In this document: in pieces, positions 53,744-64,000 of the stretch
How the letters are laid out: each line of letters starts with the position of its first letter
Numbering within the stretch: position 1 is the stretch's first letter
Source of the DNA: an uncultured cyanobacterium
GTDB taxonomy: Bacteria > Cyanobacteriota > Cyanobacteriia > Leptolyngbyales > Leptolyngbyaceae
Assembly (NCBI GenBank): GCA_963766075.1
Contig: CAVYAN010000074.1
Location: forward strand, 1-64,000
Direction: 5' to 3'
DNA: 64,000 nucleotides
Translations under genes and position numbers: made by a program
Notes under the pieces: model-generated
What the model saw: only the letters and a program-made list of their open reading frames with translations
Database searches by the model: none
Told to the model about the DNA's origin: nothing

Positions 53744-55024
53744 TCAGGTTCCAGGGGGATCGCAGCGATCCATCAATAAATAGGTCGTCATCGCACCTTT
53801 ACCTTTAATCTCAATCTTGCCGCGAGGCTGGCAGTCATAGTCCTGCCGCAGATGCTCGTAGGTACTTTGGGTGAGTTGAATTTCATCGGGCAAGCCGTGG
53901 GACTCCATGCGGCTGGCGGTATTCACCGTATCACCCCAAAGATCGTAAGCAAATTTCTTTAAGCCAATGACTCCGGCAATCACCGGTCCCGTGTGGATGC
54001 CTGTGCGAATGGCCAGTGCCTGCCCCGTATCCCGATTGTAGGCCCGTAATGCCGATCGCATAGCTAAGGCCATATCAGCGATCGCCGCCGCATGGTCCAG
54101 GCGCTGATAGGGAATGCCCGCCACTACCATATAGGCATCGCCAATCGTCTTAATTTTTTCCAGTCCATAGCGCTCTGCCAATTGGTCAAACAGAGAAAAT
54201 ACCGCGTTCAGTAAGTGGACAATTTCATCCGGAGACTTCTGGGTGGCCAATTGGGTAAAGCCCACGATATCCGCGAACAGCACCGTCACCTCAGAAAAGT
54301 GATCCGCAATGACCGTTTGTTCCTGCAATAGGCGATCGGCGATGGATTCGGGTAAGACATTTAAGAGGAGTTGGTGCGATCGCTGCTGTTCCGCCCGCAG
54401 CTTTTGCTTGGTCTCAAATTCCGTCCGGGACAACCGCCCATACAAATACACCACCAGCGTTGGCAAGACACTATTCCAGGCCATATCAAAGAGCAAATCC
54501 CCGGCCTGCACTCCCGCCGGAAACACCCGGTACCGAAATAGCAAACCATTCACGCCCAAATAATAGGCGTAGGCCCCCACGTGAGACAGCAAATGCCAGC
54601 GCCAGTGAAACGGAATAATCGTGGCCTGGGCAAAAAAGGTCATAATCCACCCTTTTAGATCCGGCACAACAGTGCCGGTAATCGTCTGCCCAACGTTGGT
54701 CAGAATGGTGACAATCCAAGACAGGCCCAAAAAGGTGATCATGGGTCGCCGTCTGCCCCATGGGGTATTCAGCCACAGCATTAAACAAGCCAGACTGACC
54801 GTGGTGATTACATTCAGGGTGAAGCGTAAATCCACAGGCTGCCCATGCCACTGCAAGCGCAGCCCCGCGATGATCGTAAAACTGAAAAAATAGCAAAAGG
54901 CGATCGCCACGCCCAAGGTCAACCGCTTCTGGATAAACCGTTGCTGCCAAGCGCCAAAATCGCCCCCCCCGGCATCACCCGGGCCTTCTAATAATCGAGA
55001 AATCCACTGAGTTCCTGCTTTCAC
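53744..55024 (-). CDS. Membrane-bound class III adenylate/guanylate cyclase
   Basis: About six TM segments; VLFADIVGFT, EKIKTIGDAYM, YDLWGDTVNTASRMES. The K/D specificity residues suggest an adenylate cyclase. Confidence 0.93.
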   Translation of the reverse strand: MKAGTQWISRLLEGPGDAGGGDFGAWQQRFIQKRLTLGVAIAFCYFFSFTIIAGLRLQWHGQPVDLRFTLNVITTVSLACLMLWLNTPWGRRRPMITFLGLSWIVTILTNVGQTITGTVVPDLKGWIMTFFAQATIIPFHWRWHLLSHVGAYAYYLGVNGLLFRYRVFPAGVQAGDLLFDMAWNSVLPTLVVYLYGRLSRTEFETKQKLRAEQQRSHQLLLNVLPESIADRLLQEQTVIADHFSEVTVLFADIVGFTQLATQKSPDEIVHLLNAVFSLFDQLAERYGLEKIKTIGDAYMVVAGIPYQRLDHAAAIADMALAMRSALRAYNRDTGQALAIRTGIHTGPVIAGVIGLKKFAYDLWGDTVNTASRMESHGLPDEIQLTQSTYEHLRQDYDCQPRGKIEIKGKGAMTTYLLMDRCDPPGT

Positions 55025-55223
55025 ATGTATTCCTGAGGACCGATCCCCGCTGCCCAGTTTTCCCTTTGTGCCAATATTCCCACGGAGTTTGTCATCGCAC
55101 CAGTCGAAGAACCCATTGACTAGGGGATCTACTAGGAAGGGGGAGTTTCCGCCTCAGCAGCCAGCAGTTTTTGACAAGCGAAAAGGTCTTGACTAGCTAG
55201 CGCAAAAATCCTCCTTGCCTAGG

Positions 55224-55691
55224 CTATGACAGGTTCGCGATCGCCCGATCCACCAAATTAGACAGCAGCGTCCGCTCCTCGACGGACATGCCCTCCATGG
55301 CTCGATCCCGCACCGCCATCGCAATGGGCGGCAGAATATCTTGCAGCCTGGACCCCGAGTCCGTCAGCCAAATGCGCCAAATGCGACGATCATGGCCATC
55401 GCGCTCACGCCGAATTAACCCACGGGTTTCCATGCGATCCAGGACACCCGTCATCGTGCCGCCAACTTGCTGTAGGCGATCGCCGATGGTGGAAATGGCG
55501 AGCCCATCTTCTTGCCAGAGGCAGCAGAGAACAACCCAGTGAAAAATGGTTAAGTCCAAGGGATCAAGCTCGGCCTGAAACCGACGCGCCAAAAGCTGGG
55601 ACAGGAGGCGCAGTCGATAGCCCATGCCGCTCGGAGCTAAGACAGGTTCCCATCCCGTTGGGGAGGTCGAGTTGAGTTCTGGTGAGGGCAT
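55224..55691 (-). CDS. MarR-family transcriptional regulator
   Basis: LWQEDGL...GGTMTGVLDRMETRGLIRRERDGHDRR. Start uncertain (55691 or 55700). Confidence 0.9.
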   Translation of the reverse strand: MPSPELNSTSPTGWEPVLAPSGMGYRLRLLSQLLARRFQAELDPLDLTIFHWVVLCCLWQEDGLAISTIGDRLQQVGGTMTGVLDRMETRGLIRRERDGHDRRIWRIWLTDSGSRLQDILPPIAMAVRDRAMEGMSVEERTLLSNLVDRAIANLS

Positions 55692-55820
55692 TGGGAGCAT
55701 CCTTCTTGACTCGGCAGGGCTACAGCCGGGAGATGCAATCAACGGCAAGCATCCGACTTCCCTTGCCTAGGGGGAAGCGGTGGGGGCGATCTGCCTTCCG
55801 CCTGAATGAGCACTGCTTCC

Positions 55821-56330
55821 CTAGGGCAGGAGCAAGCGGGGCGGCGCTAGCCAAAACAAAGTGCTGTGGCCTAGAGGCGATCGCTCACGGGGCAGGGTAA
55901 GACCGATAATACCCGCTTTTTTAAGGATTAACCCACCCTGGGTCGTTCCCCACACCAGGCATTCTGCCCACAGGCTGAGGTTGGGTTCATGGCCGACTAA
56001 AGCCAAGGAATTCAACGGGGGGCTGGCTTGTAACCATGCGAACCAGTCTTCGATCTCGCCCTCTGGAGCTAAATAAGCGGCGATCTCAACTGCGGGACTC
56101 AGACCCGTTTCGACTAAAATTTGCGCCGTTTGCTGGGCGCGAACCAGGGGACTGCTCAGCAGGCGATCGCAGGTCACCCCTAACCCCTTCAGCCGCTTTG
56201 CGACTTGGCGGGTTTTCTCGATACCCGGAGCCGTGAGGGGGCGCTCGGCATCCTGGGCATAGGTGCCCCGTTCAGCCGCTAGCCCGTGGCGGATCAGATA
56301 CAGCGTTAGCGTCGCATCAGGATCTCGCAT
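55821..56330 (-). CDS. sixA: Phosphohistidine phosphatase SixA
   Basis: LYLIRHG, RPLT, SSPLVRAQQT, LVGHEP, LKKAG. Confidence 0.93.
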   Translation of the reverse strand: MRDPDATLTLYLIRHGLAAERGTYAQDAERPLTAPGIEKTRQVAKRLKGLGVTCDRLLSSPLVRAQQTAQILVETGLSPAVEIAAYLAPEGEIEDWFAWLQASPPLNSLALVGHEPNLSLWAECLVWGTTQGGLILKKAGIIGLTLPRERSPLGHSTLFWLAPPRLLLP

Positions 56331-56635
56331 CAGGGGCGGGGAGCAGCAGCCCGGTGCTCGCAGGGGGGGGCAGAAATGGAGTGATCCAGCCAGCCGACGG
56401 ATTGCTGCAGACGGGCGATCGCTTCATCAGGCTGCTCTTTGAGCAGAAACACCAGCGCCGCTGCGACTTGCTCGCTGGCCCTAGCGGTGCGGTTAGACTT
56501 GAGCCGATGCCAATCTTTATCGGAAATGGTCAGGCGGGCGAGCAGGGCCTGGGCCAGTTCTGTGGTGCTGAATGGCTCGAGTGCGGTCTGATCCAGCGCT
56601 GAAGTAGCGGCACGCACCGGGGAATTTTGAAGCAT
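56330..56635 (-). CDS. Conserved cyanobacterial hypothetical protein
   Basis: ELAQAL...DWHRLKSNR...WLDHSISAPPC; overlaps the sixA start by one base. Confidence 0.75.
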   Translation of the reverse strand: MLQNSPVRAATSALDQTALEPFSTTELAQALLARLTISDKDWHRLKSNRTARASEQVAAALVFLLKEQPDEAIARLQQSVGWLDHSISAPPCEHRAAAPRP

Positions 56636-56858
56636 GGGAAGCAGCCTCCAAAGGGGGTGTCAAACAAAAAGAGCAGAGGATGTTGAGGGTCCTCTGCTTT
56701 CTATTATCGAACGGGTCATGCTTTCTGGCGGGCAAAGTTCCAGATAACCTTGGGATTGCGCCAGGAGATGCAGCAGGAGAATGGCGGTAGGGGAATTCTA
56801 AACGCCCGACGGCCACTCGTGGCAGACATTTCAAACCCTGGGAAACGCCCAAAATTAA

Positions 56859-57602
56859 TTACCAGGGCAGCGCGATCGCCCCACCAAACTTCCGCATTTC
56901 CGCAAAGAACTGGCCCTGTGCCCCACCTAATGGCAACGTGGCCAAATACACCGCCGTTTCAGCACCTTCATCGGCGGTAAATGGGGCATCCGAGCCACCC
57001 ATATCCGTTTGTATCCAGCCTGGAGAGTACGCATTCACCAAAATATTGGTGCCCTGAAGCTCCTTGGCCAAAAGCGTGGTTAAACCATTCAGCCCAACTT
57101 TGGACAGGCGGTACGACGGAGCCAGCGGATAGTAATCACTGGCCATCGTCGTGAGGGAAGCCATCTCCGTGGACACGTTGACAATCCGCCCATAGTTTTG
57201 GGCGCGCATCAAGGGCAGAAGCGCCTGGGTGATCCGAGCTACCGCCAAAACATTGGTGGCAAAGGTAGCCAGCATTGTTTCCATGTGCACAGTGAGCAGG
57301 CTGGATTCTTCGGGCTGTGGCGTGGGGTTGATCCCGGCATTATTGACTAGAATATCAACCCTGCCGTGGGTTTGCTGCAACCAGGTCGTGAACTGCTGTA
57401 CGCTGGCATCGCTGGTCACATCCAGGGCATGATAATCCACTGGACTGTTTTCGTGAGCGAGGCGTTGTTGCGCGGCTAGACCCGCTGGCTCTTGACGGCT
57501 CGTCAGCACCACTTGAATCTCCGCTTTTTGGGCCAATTGGCGGGCGATCGCGTAGCCCAACCCTTTGTGACCGCCCGTAATTACAGCAACTTTCTGGGTC
57601 AT
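56859..57602 (-). CDS. Short-chain dehydrogenase / carbonyl-reductase-like SDR
   Basis: TGGHKGLG, LVNNAG, NVST, YRLSK, PGWIQTDMGG. Confidence 0.93.
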   Translation of the reverse strand: MTQKVAVITGGHKGLGYAIARQLAQKAEIQVVLTSRQEPAGLAAQQRLAHENSPVDYHALDVTSDASVQQFTTWLQQTHGRVDILVNNAGINPTPQPEESSLLTVHMETMLATFATNVLAVARITQALLPLMRAQNYGRIVNVSTEMASLTTMASDYYPLAPSYRLSKVGLNGLTTLLAKELQGTNILVNAYSPGWIQTDMGGSDAPFTADEGAETAVYLATLPLGGAQGQFFAEMRKFGGAIALPW

Positions 57603-57694
57603 GGGGATCAACCTCGTTTATGGATTGAATCATCGGTATCGTTACCCTAACAAGCCTTAAACTATTGAACAAGACGATTTTTTAGATAGAAAGT

Positions 57695-57709
57695 ATCAAT
57701 GAAATCGAT
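57695..57709. promoter_or_regulatory. Putative LysR box ATC-N9-GAT overlapping the lysR start
   Basis: ATCAATGAAATCGAT in a divergent SDR/LysR arrangement. Confidence 0.4.
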
Positions 57710-58640
57710 AAATTTGGCGGCCATTGATTTGAACCTACTGGTTGCTTTTGAAGCCCTAATGGAGCAGCGCAGTGTGACAAAAGCCGCTGAGCAACTTCAG
57801 ATTGGGCAACCCGCTATGAGTGCCGCCCTCAACCGTTTGCGGGGCTTATTTGAAGATGATCTGTTTGTGCGATTGGGGCGGCAGATGCACCCAACGCGCA
57901 AAGCCCAAGCGATCGCCCCCGGTATTCTGGCGGCCTTGCAGCAAATTCGCCAAACCGTTACCGCCAGTCAGGCGTTTGATCCGACGGTCAGCGATCGCAT
58001 CTTTGCCCTGGGCAGTTCAGACTACAGCAGCTTTGTCTTGGTCCCCCCTCTACTGGAGTGGAGCCGTCAAGCCGCCCCATCGGTTAACTTTCGCATGATT
58101 GGCTTTGAGAAGGACACTGTGGGAGAGTTACTCGCACAAGGCTCAATCGATTTGGCATTCGGTGTTTTTCCCGATCCCCCGCGCCAAACCCACTGGGAAC
58201 CTATTTTTGAAGAACACTTTGTGGGCATCGCCCGCCAAGGCCATCCGGCGGTCATCCAGGGAACGATGAGTCTCGAGTCCTTCAGTACTCTCTCCCATGC
58301 CCTCACGACCCTCCGCCGCGACACCACAGGCGCAATCGACAAGGCGTTGCAGGCACAAAACTTAGCGCGTCGGATTGCCTTGACCACGCCGCATATGCTG
58401 GTTTTACCCTTTGCGATCGCGGCCAGTGACTTGGTCGCAGCAGTGCCCAGTCGTCTGGCGCAAAACTTCGTAAAGGTCTGTCAGTTGACAACTTTTGAAC
58501 TGCCGGTGCAGACAAAACCGTGGCTGGTTTCCATGCTGTGGAGTGTGTTGAGCGAGCAAGATGAGGCCCACCGTTGGCTCCGCCACACCATTCGCCAAGT
58601 TTGCAGCACCATCAATGTAAACTCAATCAAGTCGAACTAA
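57699..58640 (+). CDS. LysR-family regulator (NodD/MexT-like)
   Basis: IDLNLLVAFEALMEQRSVTKAAEQLQIGQPAMSAALNRLR. Confidence 0.95.
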   Translation: MKSINLAAIDLNLLVAFEALMEQRSVTKAAEQLQIGQPAMSAALNRLRGLFEDDLFVRLGRQMHPTRKAQAIAPGILAALQQIRQTVTASQAFDPTVSDRIFALGSSDYSSFVLVPPLLEWSRQAAPSVNFRMIGFEKDTVGELLAQGSIDLAFGVFPDPPRQTHWEPIFEEHFVGIARQGHPAVIQGTMSLESFSTLSHALTTLRRDTTGAIDKALQAQNLARRIALTTPHMLVLPFAIAASDLVAAVPSRLAQNFVKVCQLTTFELPVQTKPWLVSMLWSVLSEQDEAHRWLRHTIRQVCSTINVNSIKSN

Positions 58641-58837
58641 ACCCCGGGCAAACTCATATCCAGCTACATTTGTGGATACGCTTTTTTATGGGTGTTTTTT
58701 AGTGAGTGTATTGATGGATTCACTGATGGATATACTCGTAAACTTGCCATATCCGTTGCAACGTTATAAAGTTTCGTATAGGTTCAGAAACAAATACTGA
58801 GCTACGAAACTATGTACTTACATAAAACATAGCGGCA

Positions 58838-59190
58838 ATGTTGTTGGATTTGATTACATTTTCACTGGATCACAGAAGCCATCATCTTAACTACTGGGGA
58901 TGGATAGTGATGGAAATCGCTACAGCCATCCTGATTATTGACGCAATATCCCCCTCGGGACTGTTGAAACAAGTTCTAGAAACCAAATGGTTGTTCTGGA
59001 TTGGATCTATTCCTACGGCTTATATCTGTGGCATCCAGCGATTTTCAAGATCATGCAGCTTGGCCATTTTGAAGCTCCGATGGTTTTGTTGCTGGGCGGC
59101 AGGCTGACTTTTACGATGGCTTCTTTGTCTTTCTATTTCGTCGAGCAGCCCATCCTGCGCATGAAGCATTCCCCCCAGAAAACCGCGTGA
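58838..59190 (+). pseudogene. C-terminal remnant of an acyltransferase-3 (OafA-like) gene, frameshifted near 59010
   Basis: WLFWIGSI / SYGLYLWHPAI...ASLSFYFVEQP split over two frames; N-terminal part absent. Confidence 0.75.
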
Positions 59191-59224
59191 AATGCTGATT
59201 ATTTTGCTCTCATGCAGACCGACC

Positions 59225-60559
59225 TTAGGCTGGGTTGGCGTAGGCAAGTTTCCCTGCGACATAGGTGGCTTTGATCGTGCGATCGTCCCCAAGCATCATC
59301 ACGGCAAAGACCTGGGACGCTAATTCCTCCAAAGAGGTTGCGATCGCTTGGGGATTACGCAATTTCATCAGGGGAGTTGCTTGCACGTCCAGCACAATGA
59401 AATCGGCTTCCTTACCCACGGCAAAGTTGCCCAATTTACTATCCAGGGACAGGGACCGAGCTGCTCCTAAAGTCGCCAAATAAAATGACTGAAAAGCAGA
59501 GAGGTTTTGTCCTCGCAGTTGGGTGATTTTGTAGGCATCGCTCATGGTTTGCAGCAGGGAAAAACTGGTACCGCCGCCAACATCCGTGCCTAGGGCTACT
59601 TTGACCGGGTACTCGGGTGATTTAGCTTGGGCCAAGTTGAATAAGCCACTGCCCAGAAATAGGTTGGCGGTGGGGCAAAAGGCAATGGTGGCCCCAGCTT
59701 GGGACAGTCGCCTAAAGCTCGAATCATTGAGTTGGACGCAGTGGGCAAAAATCGATCGATCGCCCACCAAGCCAAACCGTTCATACACATTTAAATAGTC
59801 AATACTGTCAGGAAAAAGTTCTGCCGTGAACTCCACTTCCTTGAGGTTTTCCGACAGATGGGTATGCACATAAACATCAGGAAATTCCGCCTTCAGGCTG
59901 CCCGCCAGTTGCAGTTCTTGTTCCGTAGAGGTGATGGCAAAGCGGGGCGTAATGGCATAAAGCGATCGACCGTTGCCGTGCCAGGTTTGAATCTGCTCCC
60001 GAGTCTGGGCATAGGCGGTTTCGGCATCATTCAGCAAAAAATCGGGAGCATGGCGTGTCATCAGGACTTGGCCAGCAATGATGCGCATATTGCGCTTTGC
60101 CGCCTCTTCAAACAGTACGGTCACGGATTGGGGGAAGATGGTCGTTAGGACTAGCGCCGTAGTTGTGCCTTGTTTGAGCAACTCATCCAGAAAAAATTGG
60201 GCAATTTCTCGGGCATAGGCTTCGTCTTTGAACTTCACTTCGGTGGGAAAGGTATACTTATCCAGCCATTCCAGCAGTTGCGCCCCATAGGAGGCAATCA
60301 TTTCTGTCTGGGGATAGTGAATGTGGGCGTCAATAAATCCCGGCGAAATTAAGTGTCCCGGTGGATAGGTTGTCACCTCAATGTGGGGGAATTGACGCGA
60401 CACAGTCGCGTAGTCCCCAAAGGCCCTGATATGGCCCCCTTCCAGAACGAGGAGACCATCGGGCTGATACCGGACGCTGGCGGAGACTGGCACATAAAAG
60501 GGATCCTCAATAAAATCCAAAAAGGCCCCGCGAATGGCTGTTAACGTAGAATTAGACAT
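59225..60559 (-). CDS. guaD: Guanine deaminase
   Basis: PGFIDAHIHYPQ, LLEWLDKYTFP, ITPRFA, HTHLSEN, GTDVGGG, MLGDDR. Confidence 0.95.
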   Translation of the reverse strand: MSNSTLTAIRGAFLDFIEDPFYVPVSASVRYQPDGLLVLEGGHIRAFGDYATVSRQFPHIEVTTYPPGHLISPGFIDAHIHYPQTEMIASYGAQLLEWLDKYTFPTEVKFKDEAYAREIAQFFLDELLKQGTTTALVLTTIFPQSVTVLFEEAAKRNMRIIAGQVLMTRHAPDFLLNDAETAYAQTREQIQTWHGNGRSLYAITPRFAITSTEQELQLAGSLKAEFPDVYVHTHLSENLKEVEFTAELFPDSIDYLNVYERFGLVGDRSIFAHCVQLNDSSFRRLSQAGATIAFCPTANLFLGSGLFNLAQAKSPEYPVKVALGTDVGGGTSFSLLQTMSDAYKITQLRGQNLSAFQSFYLATLGAARSLSLDSKLGNFAVGKEADFIVLDVQATPLMKLRNPQAIATSLEELASQVFAVMMLGDDRTIKATYVAGKLAYANPA

Positions 60560-60706
60560 GCATTATTCCCAGAAGGACGATGACGCAAGGCCAAGGGAGA
60601 TGCGGGTGGGGTAGAAAACCTCAAACTCTGATGGACGCGAATTAATCACGTCCATCAGGGATATATCGACACGGCACCCTCATTAAACCCATGGCGATGG
60701 CGATGG

Positions 60707-61897
60707 CTAAACCTTACCCAAAACTCCATCGGCCAACCAATCCATCTTGTCCAGAACGGGATCGGTCAGGGTATAGGACGTGCCCTTGGCAATCTTGACG
60801 GCACCATCATTACTCTTGATTTCGCCCTGATAAACCAGCAGCGAGCCACCCACAAGCTTGGTTTTCGTGGCCTCCGCATCTTTTTTCGTCGCCTCCGACA
60901 CCGCCGGACCAAAGTCAGCCAGTTTAACGAATTTATCCTTTAGACTCCCCCGAACCATATGGGGAATGCCGCCATTCATCAAGGTTTTACCTCCCTTAAT
61001 CATCTCGGCAAAGTTGCTGTAAACACTGGTCCAATCCCACGCTGTGCCGGTGATGTAGCCCTTGGGGGCCAGAGCCGCCTGAACGGTGTGGAACCCAGAG
61101 GCAAAAATCCCCCGCTTTTCTGCCGTTTCAATAATCACCTTGGGACTGTCCACATGCATACCGATGACATCCACCCCTTGGTCTGCCAGGGAGTTAGCCG
61201 CTTCTGCTTCCTTCACCGGTAGTGACCAATCACCCGTAAAGATAACCTGCATTTTAATCCCCGGCTTGACGCTGCGGGCACCCAGCATAAAACTGTTGAG
61301 ATTGCGCAGCACTGGATTAATCGGCTTAGCAGCGATGAACCCCAGCTTACCCGTCTTGGATGTTTGGGCGGCAACCCGTCCGGCGATAAACTGGGAGTCA
61401 TCTACATCAGCAAAATAGCTGCCCACGTTTTTGGGCATGCCCTCTTTCCACAGTGCGCCGCAGTGAAAAAACTGCACATTGGGGTATTCGGCAGCCAATT
61501 TCAAAATGTGGGGATCAAAGTAGCCAAAGGATGTGGGAAATAGGACTGTGGCTTTGTCCTGCTCGATCATACTGCGCATCGCCTCTTGGACATCGTTGGT
61601 TTCAGGAACATTCGCTTGTTCCACCGTTTTGATGCCGGGGAGTTTGCTCACCCCTTCCTTACCTTCTGCGTGGGCCTGATTCCACCCATAGTCATCCTTA
61701 GCACCCACATACAAAAACCCCATGACTAAAGGATTGTCACCTGATGACGTACTGGCGGCAGGACTTTCAGAACCTGCGGGGGGAGAACTGGATGTACATC
61801 CAGTCCACAGCTTGGATGTGGCACCAAAGGCAGCCGCAGAAAGCAGTCCCCGCATGACTTGGCGACGATGTAGGTAAAAAGGGGGCTTCGTACTCAT
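60707..61897 (-). CDS. BMP-family purine/nucleoside-binding lipoprotein
   Basis: Tat-like RRQVM and lipobox-like WTGC; YVGAKDDYGWNQAH, TSFGY, HVDSP; co-oriented upstream of guaD. Confidence 0.9.
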   Translation of the reverse strand: MSTKPPFYLHRRQVMRGLLSAAAFGATSKLWTGCTSSSPPAGSESPAASTSSGDNPLVMGFLYVGAKDDYGWNQAHAEGKEGVSKLPGIKTVEQANVPETNDVQEAMRSMIEQDKATVLFPTSFGYFDPHILKLAAEYPNVQFFHCGALWKEGMPKNVGSYFADVDDSQFIAGRVAAQTSKTGKLGFIAAKPINPVLRNLNSFMLGARSVKPGIKMQVIFTGDWSLPVKEAEAANSLADQGVDVIGMHVDSPKVIIETAEKRGIFASGFHTVQAALAPKGYITGTAWDWTSVYSNFAEMIKGGKTLMNGGIPHMVRGSLKDKFVKLADFGPAVSEATKKDAEATKTKLVGGSLLVYQGEIKSNDGAVKIAKGTSYTLTDPVLDKMDWLADGVLGKV

Positions 61898-61993
61898 TCA
61901 AAAATTCTCCGTAGGTTGAGGCGGTGAGGAATACCAGGTCTATCCAGTGACGGATGCTGTTCTCAATCCAAACTCAGTCACCCAGAAACTTTT

Positions 61994-62007
61994 GTATTGA
62001 TAGCTAC
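61994..62007. promoter_or_regulatory. Putative NtcA site
   Basis: GTA-TTGATAGC-TAC (GTA-N8-TAC) about 100 bp upstream of the BMP-guaD unit. Confidence 0.55.
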
Positions 62008-62061
62008 GGTTCACCGGGCTTCCAGTGTATACGGCATGCATTTTGTTTTGCACTCGGCCTG

Positions 62062-62583
62062 CTAAAAATCCCAGCCGTCTAGCTTTGGCTTTGGCAATGG
62101 TCCTGACATGGCTTGGAGGGCCGCACACTCTGCGGCGGCAGCCAATTTAGCGGCGATCGCCTCGGCATGGGGACGCATCACCGACCAAAAAATCGGCGAT
62201 AACCAGCCGCGTAGGGTTACGGAATAAGACACACAGGAGCCCAACACCGTAGACTTCACCTGATAGGTAACCTGCTCTTCTAATCCCGGAAACATGAGAA
62301 TTCGCACGCTTAAGAGTTCATGGGGACAGACCTGCTCGACAAAAATTTGCATGGGAATCGGGATCCGTCGGGTCACCGCTTGATACATCAGACCGGGCTT
62401 AGGGACAAGTCCGTGGGGCAAATTCGTCCTCGCCAACACCGGGTGCCAAGAGACATCCCCAAGATCCATCAGCTTGCGCCACAGCTCATCCACCGAAGCC
62501 AAGCTGATCGCCTGATAAGTTTTAGCCAAAGAGGATTGCAGCCGTCGCTGACGCAGCCTTAGTCGTAAAGGGATTCTAAACAT
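62062..62583 (-). CDS. SRPBCC/START-like protein
   Basis: SLASVDELWRKLMDLGDVSWHP...GLVPKPGL...TLRGWLSP. Confidence 0.8.
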   Translation of the reverse strand: MFRIPLRLRLRQRRLQSSLAKTYQAISLASVDELWRKLMDLGDVSWHPVLARTNLPHGLVPKPGLMYQAVTRRIPIPMQIFVEQVCPHELLSVRILMFPGLEEQVTYQVKSTVLGSCVSYSVTLRGWLSPIFWSVMRPHAEAIAAKLAAAAECAALQAMSGPLPKPKLDGWDF

Positions 62584-63021
62584 CTTCGCACATGCTCCTA
62601 CACCAACCGACTCCTACACTAACCGGATCAATACGGAGCCAGAACAGCAGCACAGTCGGCGGCAGATCGCCATGCCGTTCCCGCTGTTTGTCCATACTGC
62701 TGTTTATCCATAACTCCTGATCAAATCCTGATCCTGATCAAACCCTACCGCTATTCATTCATCTGATCTAGACTATCGTCCTCTTCGGGATTTGCGATCG
62801 CCCTTTAGGAATAGTTGCATGGCAACACGCGCTGTAGCGGAGAAATCGGGCGCTGCCAGACCATGATTTTGTTACGCAGTGTTGCAAAAATTATCCCGGC
62901 AGTTGGAGGCGAACCCAATTCACGCTAGTGTTTTACGAGGTGATGACAAATCATTTTTGGCATTCGTTGATTGGCATTCGTTGAATAGAGACGTAGTTTA
63001 CGTATTTTTTGAGTAGAGACT

Positions 63022-64000
63022 ATGACAGCATTTTCCCCGCCCGTTCAGGAGACTGCATCCAGTTCCCTCTTACCACCCAGTGACTCACGCGAGCGCGTCA
63101 GCCACTTCTTAAAATCCCTTCAAGACAATATTTGCAGTGGTTTGGAGCAGTTGGACGGCCAGGGGACGTTTCGAGAAGATAGCTGGGTGCGTGAAGAGGG
63201 CGGCGGCGGGCGATCGCGGGTCATCCGTGATGGCGGCATCTTTGAGCAGGGTGGCGTCAACTTCTCGGAAGTGTGGGGCGATGATTTGCCCCCGTCCATC
63301 CTGGTGCAGCGTCCCGAAGCCAAGGGACACCGCTTCTATGCAACGGGGACTTCCATGGTGCTGCACCCGCGCAATCCCTTCATTCCCACGGTGCATCTTA
63401 ACTATCGCTATTTTGAAGCGGGTCCGGTGTGGTGGTTTGGTGGCGGGATTGACCTCACGCCCTACTACCCCTTCGAAGAAGACGTAGTACATTTCCACAC
63501 CACCCTGAAAAATGCCTGCGATCAACACAACCCCGAATACTACCCCACCTTTAAGCTCTGGTGTGACGAGTATTTCTACTTAAAGCACCGCCAAGAAACC
63601 CGTGGGGTCGGTGGAATTTTCTTTGACTATCAAGATTTGCAAGGCGATTTGTATCCGATTGCCTATCCCGGTTCTGGCATAGATACCGCAGCCGCGCAGC
63701 GTAGCAAGGCTGTTGGGCCAGTGAAGGGACGCTCTTGGGAGGATATTTTCGCCTTTATCCAGTCCTGCGGAAATGCATTCTTGCCCGCCTATGTTCCCAT
63801 TGCCCAACGGCGGCAAGCGATGGAATACAGCGATCGCCAGCGGGACTTCCAACTCTACCGTCGGGGCCGCTACGTCGAATTCAACTTGGTCTATGATCGG
63901 GGCACCATTTTTGGCCTGCAAACCAATGGCCGCACGGAATCTATCCTGATGTCCTTACCCCCCTTGGTGCGCTGGGAATACAACTACCAGCCTGAACCTG
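63022..64000 (+). CDS. hemF: Oxygen-dependent coproporphyrinogen III oxidase, 3' end outside the window
   Basis: Manual translation from ATG 63022: [62 protein letters not shown]. Confidence 0.96.
   Translation, partial: MTAFSPPVQETASSSLLPPSDSRERVSHFLKSLQDNICSGLEQLDGQGTFREDSWVREEGGGGRSRVIRDGGIFEQGGVNFSEVWGDDLPPSILVQRPEAKGHRFYATGTSMVLHPRNPFIPTVHLNYRYFEAGPVWWFGGGIDLTPYYPFEEDVVHFHTTLKNACDQHNPEYYPTFKLWCDEYFYLKHRQETRGVGGIFFDYQDLQGDLYPIAYPGSGIDTAAAQRSKAVGPVKGRSWEDIFAFIQSCGNAFLPAYVPIAQRRQAMEYSDRQRDFQLYRRGRYVEFNLVYDRGTIFGLQTNGRTESILMSLPPLVRWEYNYQPEP

Noticed and set aside
61900..62060. Purine or xanthine riboswitch upstream of BMP-guaD
   Set aside because: No recognisable aptamer consensus; an Infernal scan would be needed.
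1..64000. High frequency of GCGATCGC
   Set aside because: This is the well-known cyanobacterial HIP1 octamer; useful for taxonomy, not novel.

Overview
Cyanobacterial chromosomal window, recognisable from the dense HIP1 octamer GCGATCGC and cyanobacteria-specific gene families. From left to right: the 5' part of a stand-alone glycine-type adenylation-PCP-reductase (A-T-R) NRPS-like gene (missing from the ORF track because it runs off the window); a ~1.7 kb divergent intergenic region; a PatA-CheY-CheW-MCP-CheA chemosensory cluster; an internally deleted IS66 nested in a second inverted-repeat-bounded element; mnmE, rimJ, two DUF1565 envelope proteins, PHP, orphan arsM, USP, YtxH/DUF948, rhomboid, bioB, a truncated IS5, cax, a LysR/aspartoacylase pair, an S8 protease and a Crp regulator. 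Two tandem hybrid kinases follow, each broken by a single frameshift; the larger one combines an ETR1-type ethylene-binding domain with an insert-Cys cyanobacteriochrome GAF. The rest holds allantoin racemase plus amidohydrolase, pyrD, a RecQ-like helicase, an HK/RR pair, cobK, a class III cyclase, MarR, sixA, an SDR/LysR pair, guaD with a BMP lipoprotein, and the start of hemF. I saw no rRNA, tRNA or CRISPR array. The strongest leads are the ethylene/UV-violet phosphorelay, the Gly-specific A-T-R enzyme, and a 16-nt repeat core whose perfect inverted arms differ at every locus. All calls come from motif recognition by eye; no searches were run.
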